A DNA stretch of 64,000 bases from NCBI GenBank assembly GCA_947455205.1, contig CANGNF010000009.1, forward strand, positions 13,659 to 77,658. The letters run 5' to 3'. Below the pieces are notes generated by a model that was given only the letters and a program-made list of their open reading frames with translations, did no database searches and was not told the origin of the DNA. Below are positions 59,425 to 64,000 of the stretch, piece after piece (positions within the stretch are counted from its first letter, which is position 1; every line of letters begins with the position of its first letter). The DNA comes from Acetobacteraceae bacterium (GTDB lineage Bacteria; Pseudomonadota; Alphaproteobacteria; Acetobacterales; Acetobacteraceae). The translations under genes and the position numbers were made by a program.

Positions 59425-61020
59425 ATGACCGAGTTCGACATCTCGCGCCGCGCGGCGCTCTCGCTGGCATTGGCAGGCCTTGCGCTGCCGGCTTCGGCAC
59501 AGCCGGCGGCCGGCGGCATCGACCCGCTGCTGTATGGCCCGACCGACCCCAAGGCCAAGCGCGGCGGCAAGATCACTGTCGGCAACCTGGTGGAACCGCC
59601 GGCGATGGACCCCTTCCGCCAGGCCGCGGATGCGCGGGTGCGCGTCTCGGTGCTGATGTACCAGGGCCTGTTCTTCGAGGACCAGGCCGGCGTCGCCCGG
59701 CCGCTGCTGGCCGAGAGCGCCACGCCCGCCACCGATGGCAAGAGCTGGACCTTCAGGCTGCGCCGCGGCGTCAAGTTCCATACCGGCGCGGCGATGACCT
59801 CGGCCGATGTGAAGTACAGCTACGACTTCATGCGCAACCCGGCCAATGGCTCGCCCGGCGCCGGCGACCTGTCCTCGGTGGCGAGTATCGAGGCGCCGGA
59901 CGACCACACCGTGGTGTTCCACCTGGCCAAGCCGAATTCGGCGCTGCCGATGACGCTGACCAACAAGTACGGCGCGGTGGTGCCCAAGGGCTTCCTGGAC
60001 GACGCCAATTCCGGGCCGCGGATGAACGAGATCTCGGTCGGCACCGGGCCGTTCAAGCTGAAGCAGTTCCGCCCCAACAGCGTCATCGTCATGGAACGCT
60101 TCGCCGACTACTGGCAGCCGGGCGTGCCCTACCTGGACGAGATCACCTTCGCCGCCATGCCCAACAGCGCGGCCATGGTGGTGGGACTGCAGTCCCGCCG
60201 CATCGACCTCGGCGTCTTTTCCCGCCCGCAGGACACGCAGGCGCTGGCCAATGCGCCGGGGGTGGAGGTGCATCGCTGGCCATCGCTGGACCAGAAGTCG
60301 CTCGACCTCGACTGCAACTACGCGCCGATCAAGGATGTGCGGGTGCGCCAGGCGCTGGCCCTGGCGATCGACAAGAAGCAGGTGATGGACGCCTCCATCG
60401 CCGGCTACGGCAAGGTCATCGGCACCATGGTCGCGGGCATGGAATCCGCCTGGGGCGTGCCGCAGGACCAGCTGGCCTTCCAGCACCCGGACCTGGAGAA
60501 GGCGCGCGGCCTGCTGCGCGCCGCCGGCCACCCGGATGGCCTGGATATCGAGCTGACGACCATCATCGGCTATGACTGGATGGACGCGGCGGCGGTGACC
60601 ATCAGCGAACAGCTGAAGCGGATCGGCGTACGGATCAGCATCCGCAAGCTGGACCTGGGCGTCTGGGTCCGCAACCTGCGGGCGCGAGAGCTGGGCTTCA
60701 CCTTCAACGACTGGGGCACCATCCCAGACCCGGCGCTGCTGTTCTTCCGCCACTTCCATTCGGTGCCGGCGGGCGCCGACTTCCGCAACTGGAACAACGC
60801 CCGCGCCGACGCGCTGCTGGACCGCGGCCAGGAAACCGCCGACCCCGCACAGCGCCGCGCGATCTACACCGAGTTCCAGAAGCTGCTGGCGGAGGAGGTG
60901 CCGACCATCATGCTGTTCTCGGCCGACAAGCTGACCGCCAACCGCACCCGGCTGAAGAACTACCAGCAGCACGGCACCGGCTGGTATTTCGGTCTCGCGA
61001 AAGCATGGGTGGAGGGCTGA
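59425..61020 (+). CDS. ABC transporter substrate-binding protein, family 5
   Basis: ATG 59425 (AAGGAGG upstream). Signal is MTEFDISRRAALSLALAGLALPASAQ. Contains LMYQGLFFEDQ...LLAESATPATDGKSWTFRLR. Confidence 0.88.
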   Translation: MTEFDISRRAALSLALAGLALPASAQPAAGGIDPLLYGPTDPKAKRGGKITVGNLVEPPAMDPFRQAADARVRVSVLMYQGLFFEDQAGVARPLLAESATPATDGKSWTFRLRRGVKFHTGAAMTSADVKYSYDFMRNPANGSPGAGDLSSVASIEAPDDHTVVFHLAKPNSALPMTLTNKYGAVVPKGFLDDANSGPRMNEISVGTGPFKLKQFRPNSVIVMERFADYWQPGVPYLDEITFAAMPNSAAMVVGLQSRRIDLGVFSRPQDTQALANAPGVEVHRWPSLDQKSLDLDCNYAPIKDVRVRQALALAIDKKQVMDASIAGYGKVIGTMVAGMESAWGVPQDQLAFQHPDLEKARGLLRAAGHPDGLDIELTTIIGYDWMDAAAVTISEQLKRIGVRISIRKLDLGVWVRNLRARELGFTFNDWGTIPDPALLFFRHFHSVPAGADFRNWNNARADALLDRGQETADPAQRRAIYTEFQKLLAEEVPTIMLFSADKLTANRTRLKNYQQHGTGWYFGLAKAWVEG

Positions 61021-61024
61021 CGCC

Positions 61025-61969
61025 CTGGCGCTCTTCCTGGCGCGCAGGCTGGGCGCGGCGCTGATCGCGGCGCTGCTGTCCAGCCTGGCGGTCTTTCTGC
61101 TGCTGCGCGCGGTGCCCGGCGACATCGTCGGGCAGATGCTGGGCCAGACCGGCACCGACCGCGCGGCCGAGCAGGCGCTGCGCGGCTTCTTCGGGCTGGA
61201 CCGCCCGCTGTGGCGGCAGTTCGGCGACTGGGTCGGCGCCACGCTGACCGGCGACCTGGGCCGCAGCTGGTACCAGGGCCGCGCGGTGTGGACCATGGTG
61301 TGGGAAGCCTTCCTGGTCACCGCCGAGCTCGCCTCCGCAACCCTGGTACTGGCTACGCTGGTCGGCGTGCCGCTGGGCGTGGTCGCGGGCATCGTGCATG
61401 GCTCCCGGTTGGATGCGGCGATCCAGGGCTTCAACCTGGTCGGGCTATCCGCGCCGGTGTTCTGGCTGGGGCTGATGCTGCTGGTCGGCGCCAGCGCGGT
61501 GCTGGACTGGTCGCCGCCCTTCGCCTGGTCCGGTCCGACCGAGGACCTGGAGGACAACATCAGCATCCTGGTGCTGCCGGTGCTGTCGCTGGCGGTGCTG
61601 CAGGCCGCCGCCTATGGCCAGTTCGTGCGCGGGCTGATGGTGGAGGAGTTGGGCCGCGACTATATCCGCGCCGCCCGCGCCAAGGGCATGACGCCCTTCG
61701 ACATCCATTTCCGCCACGCCCTGGCCAATGTGATGGTGCCGCTGGTCACCTTCATGGGGCTGGTGCTGATCCAGATCCTCGGCGGCGTGGTGATCATCGA
61801 GAGCCTGTTCTCCCTGCCCGGCCTCGGGCGGCTGATCCTGTCGGGCATCCAGGGGCGCGACTATCCGGTGGTGCAGGGGGCGCTGTTCTTCGTGGTGCTG
61901 ATCGCCACCACGGTGAACCTGGGGGTGGACCTGCTCTATGGCCTGCTGGACCCGAGGCTGAAGCCATGA
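61025..61969 (+). CDS. ABC transporter permease (DppB-like), probably CTG-initiated
   Basis: The track starts at GTG 61112 (MPGDIVGQ...). The same frame is open from 60956 and encodes the expected TM1, LALFLARRLGAALIAALLSSLAVFLLLRAVPGD. There is no ATG, GTG or TTG before 61112. CTG 61025 has GGAGGG 8 nt upstream. Confidence 0.75.
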   Translation: MALFLARRLGAALIAALLSSLAVFLLLRAVPGDIVGQMLGQTGTDRAAEQALRGFFGLDRPLWRQFGDWVGATLTGDLGRSWYQGRAVWTMVWEAFLVTAELASATLVLATLVGVPLGVVAGIVHGSRLDAAIQGFNLVGLSAPVFWLGLMLLVGASAVLDWSPPFAWSGPTEDLEDNISILVLPVLSLAVLQAAAYGQFVRGLMVEELGRDYIRAARAKGMTPFDIHFRHALANVMVPLVTFMGLVLIQILGGVVIIESLFSLPGLGRLILSGIQGRDYPVVQGALFFVVLIATTVNLGVDLLYGLLDPRLKP

Positions 61970-62754
61970 CCGCCTGGCGTCTTGGCCTGGCGCTGGCCTT
62001 GGTCTTCGCCGTGCTGCTGTTGGCGCCGGGGCTGGTGGCGCCGCAATCGCCGCTGGCGCTGGACCCCGCACGGGCGTTGCAGGCGCCCAGCGCGGCGCAT
62101 TGGTTCGGCACCGATGATGTCGGCCGCGACGTCTTTTCCCGCGTGGTGCATGGCACGCGCATCACGCTCGGCCTGGTCACCTTTTCGCTGCTGCTGTCGC
62201 TGCTGATCGGCGGCGGGCTCGGCGTGGTCGCGGGCTTCGCCGGTGGCTGGTTCGACCTTGGCCTCGCCCGGCTGGCAGACATGGTGCAGACCTTCCCGCC
62301 CATCATCGCCGGGGTGATGATCACCGGCGTGCTCGGCCCCGGCGCCGCCAACCTGGTGCTGGCGCTCAGCGTCATCTACCTGCCCAGCTTCTTCCGCATC
62401 GGCCGCTCCGCCGCGCTGGCGGAGGCGCAGCTGACCTATGTGGAGGCCGCCCGCGCCGCTGGCTTCGGCGAGGCCTCGATCCTGCTGCGCCAGGTGCTGC
62501 CCAACACGCTGCCGGTGCTGGTGCTGAACTTCGTCATCATCTTCCCGCTTGCCTTGCAGATCGAGGCGGCGCTCGGCTTCCTCGGCCTGGGCGTGGTGCC
62601 GCCGATGCCGGATTGGGGCGCCATCCTGGAGCAGGGCAAGAACTTCATCCTGGTGGCGTGGTGGGTGTCGCTCTGGCCCGGCGTCTTCGTCCTGGCCTCG
62701 GCGCTGGCCATGACGCTGCTGGGCCACGGCCTGCGCGCCAGGTTGGGCCGCTGA
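61966..62754 (+). CDS. ABC transporter permease (DppC-like)
   Basis: ATG 61966 (ATGA overlap). Contains HWFGTDDVGRDVFSRV and YVEAARAAGFGEASILLRQVLPN. Confidence 0.9.
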   Translation: MTAWRLGLALALVFAVLLLAPGLVAPQSPLALDPARALQAPSAAHWFGTDDVGRDVFSRVVHGTRITLGLVTFSLLLSLLIGGGLGVVAGFAGGWFDLGLARLADMVQTFPPIIAGVMITGVLGPGAANLVLALSVIYLPSFFRIGRSAALAEAQLTYVEAARAAGFGEASILLRQVLPNTLPVLVLNFVIIFPLALQIEAALGFLGLGVVPPMPDWGAILEQGKNFILVAWWVSLWPGVFVLASALAMTLLGHGLRARLGR

Positions 62755-63356
62755 TGCGCCTGGCGCTGCATGACCTGGCCGTGGCCGGCACGGCGACGCT
62801 GCCGGCGGGCGTGCATGGCCTGTACCTGCGGCGCGGCGCGCTGCTGGTGGATGGCGTGCCGCTGGCGGAGGACAACGCCGTGCTGGCGCCGGCCGGGGCG
62901 CGGCTGCAGGGCGAGGCCGAAGCCTGGCGCTTCACCGTGGCCACCGCGCCGGAGGATCGCGCCACGCTGATCCTCTCCCACGCGCTGCCGCGCGACCCTA
63001 CCCAGCCCTTCGTGCTGCGGCTGGACCGGGTGGATTTCAGCGAGAACGGCGTCACGCCGAAGCACGGGCATGCCGGCCCCGGCATCCGCCGCCTGGTCTC
63101 CGGCCTGCTGCTGGCTGAGTTGGGCGAGGAGGCGCGCCGGATCCTGCCCGGCCAGGCCTGGCACGAGACCGGCGCCGAGCCGGTGGTCGGCCGCGTGCTG
63201 GCACCGGGCACCGCCTTCATCCGCGCCATGGTGCTGGACGCCGCGCTGCTGGGGCAGCCGACCTTTCGCGCCTGGACGTCGGAGGAGGCGGCCAAGCCGC
63301 GCGGCGTCGGCTACCGGCTTTTCCTCGACCGCATCTGCCAGTTGGAGACCGCATGA
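62754..63356 (+). CDS. Hypothetical protein with a C-terminal cupin-like domain
   Basis: ATG 62754 (TGATG overlap). The C-terminal half, VDFSENGVTPKHGHAGPGIRRLVSGLLLAELGEEARRILPGQAWHETGAEPV, resembles cupin motifs. The N-terminal half is unassigned. Confidence 0.5.
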   Translation: MRLALHDLAVAGTATLPAGVHGLYLRRGALLVDGVPLAEDNAVLAPAGARLQGEAEAWRFTVATAPEDRATLILSHALPRDPTQPFVLRLDRVDFSENGVTPKHGHAGPGIRRLVSGLLLAELGEEARRILPGQAWHETGAEPVVGRVLAPGTAFIRAMVLDAALLGQPTFRAWTSEEAAKPRGVGYRLFLDRICQLETA

Positions 63357-64000
63357 CCACCAGCGACAGCCTGACACCGGACGAAGCCGAGGTGCAGTTC
63401 AACCCGCAGCGTAGCGTGCCCAACAGCGCCGACTTCGGCGCCCGGCGCGCGCCGCTGAACCAGGCCGCGCTGGCCCACCCGCGCCGCGTGGCCGACCTGG
63501 CCTGGGCGCCGCAGGGGCTGAACAGCCTGGACCTCTACCCGCCCGAGGGCAGCGGCCCCTGGCCGGTGCATGCCTTCATCCATGGCGGCTACTGGCGGGC
63601 GCAGGACAAGCGCAACTTCGCCTTCACCGCCACCGAGCTGAACAAGCGCGGCATTCTGGTGGCGGTGCTGAACTACGACCTCTGCCCGGCGGTGACGCTG
63701 GACGGCACGGTGGCCTCGGCGCTGGGTGGCCTGGAATGGCTGCTGCGGCACGCGCCGGAGCACGGCGGCGACCCTTCGCGCTTCACTTTGTCGGGCCATT
63801 CTGCCGGCGCGCACCTGGTGGCGGCGGCGCTGGCGACGGACTGGGCGGCGCGCGGCCTACCGGCCAACCCATTCAGCGGCGCGCTGCTGACCAGCGGCAT
63901 CTACAACCCCGCCCCGGCCATGCTGACCACCGTGAACGCGGACCTGCACCTGACGCCGGAGATTGCCGCCCGGCACGACTACGAGGCGCTGGCGCCGCGC
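63353..64000 (+). CDS. Alpha/beta hydrolase, arylformamidase (Afmid-type)-like. N-terminal 216 codons only; continues past the window end.
   Basis: Not in the ORF track because there is no stop inside the window. ATG 63353 (ATGA overlap). Contains AFIHGGYWRAQDK and the nucleophile elbow LSGHSAGAHL. It is a paralog of 1486..2322. Confidence 0.8.
   Translation, partial: MTTSDSLTPDEAEVQFNPQRSVPNSADFGARRAPLNQAALAHPRRVADLAWAPQGLNSLDLYPPEGSGPWPVHAFIHGGYWRAQDKRNFAFTATELNKRGILVAVLNYDLCPAVTLDGTVASALGGLEWLLRHAPEHGGDPSRFTLSGHSAGAHLVAAALATDWAARGLPANPFSGALLTSGIYNPAPAMLTTVNADLHLTPEIAARHDYEALAPR

Noticed and set aside
61005-61064. A frameshift or pseudogene explanation for the missing permease start: ATG 61005 in another frame, terminated at TGA 61062-61064
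   Set aside because: This remains possible but is less parsimonious than CTG initiation. CTG 61025 is correctly spaced from a strong GGAGGG and yields a normal-length N-terminus. The explanation is kept as an alternative in the finding and not called a pseudogene.
62754-63356. The cupin-like protein as 3-hydroxyanthranilate 3,4-dioxygenase, which would complete an nba/kynurenine-type pathway
   Set aside because: The sequence does not resemble bacterial HAO as I remember it. It lacks the N-terminal HAO motifs and the C-terminal Cys4 site. Only a generic cupin-like HxH region is visible. I kept it as hypothetical.

Overview
This is a 64-kb, very GC-rich (roughly 70% by eye, not computed), gene-dense chromosomal segment from a proteobacterium. 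The Bug/TctC expansion and codon style suggest an Acetobacteraceae/Roseomonas-like or Burkholderiales-like host, but that is inference only. I resolve 63 protein-coding genes. Two are cut by the window edges and are absent from the ORF track because they have no stop or no start inside the window. I found no rRNA, tRNA, CRISPR array, transposase, integrase or phage gene. Many track ORFs are either wrong-frame or antisense shadows typical of high-GC DNA, or carry false N-terminal extensions. I trimmed starts using stop/start overlaps (ATGA, GTGA, TGATG), Shine-Dalgarno motifs and family N-termini. Contents, in order:

- (1) A secreted HAF-like repeat protein, edge-truncated.
- (2) An arylformamidase-like hydrolase, a MaoC dehydratase and a secreted metallophosphoesterase.
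- (3) A complete queuosine operon, queA-tgt-queF-queG-queC-queD-queE.
- (4) A six-gene operon with three Bug/TctC binding proteins, an Ior-type two-subunit molybdenum hydroxylase and a PhtD-like decarboxylase.
- (5) A circularly permuted ATP-grasp plus alpha-E pair.
- (6) A mosaic of catabolic genes: a TPP enzyme, three amidase-signature amidases (one with a 68-aa AtzG-like partner), three enolase-superfamily enzymes, a cyclase/KynB-like protein, GAF, GST, and rutA plus a cysteine hydrolase.
- (7) Two Dpp/Gsi-type ABC importers.
- (8) A TetR regulator with an EmrAB-type efflux pump.
- (9) A creatininase operon carrying two orphan binding proteins.
- (10) A same-strand array of about 18 kb and 19 genes: LigBA extradiol dioxygenase, ACMSD-like amidohydrolase, SDR, dihydroorotase-like enzyme, HIBADH, ALDH, enolase, RidA, cupin, formamidase-like hydrolase and a split ABC importer.

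I see no defence island or mobile element, and no unmistakably new system. The most promising uncharacterised candidates are the 19-gene array, the Mo-hydroxylase/decarboxylase/Bug operon, the orphan rutA module and the ATP-grasp/alpha-E pair. All product calls rest on motifs and on remembered family sequences. No searches were run.
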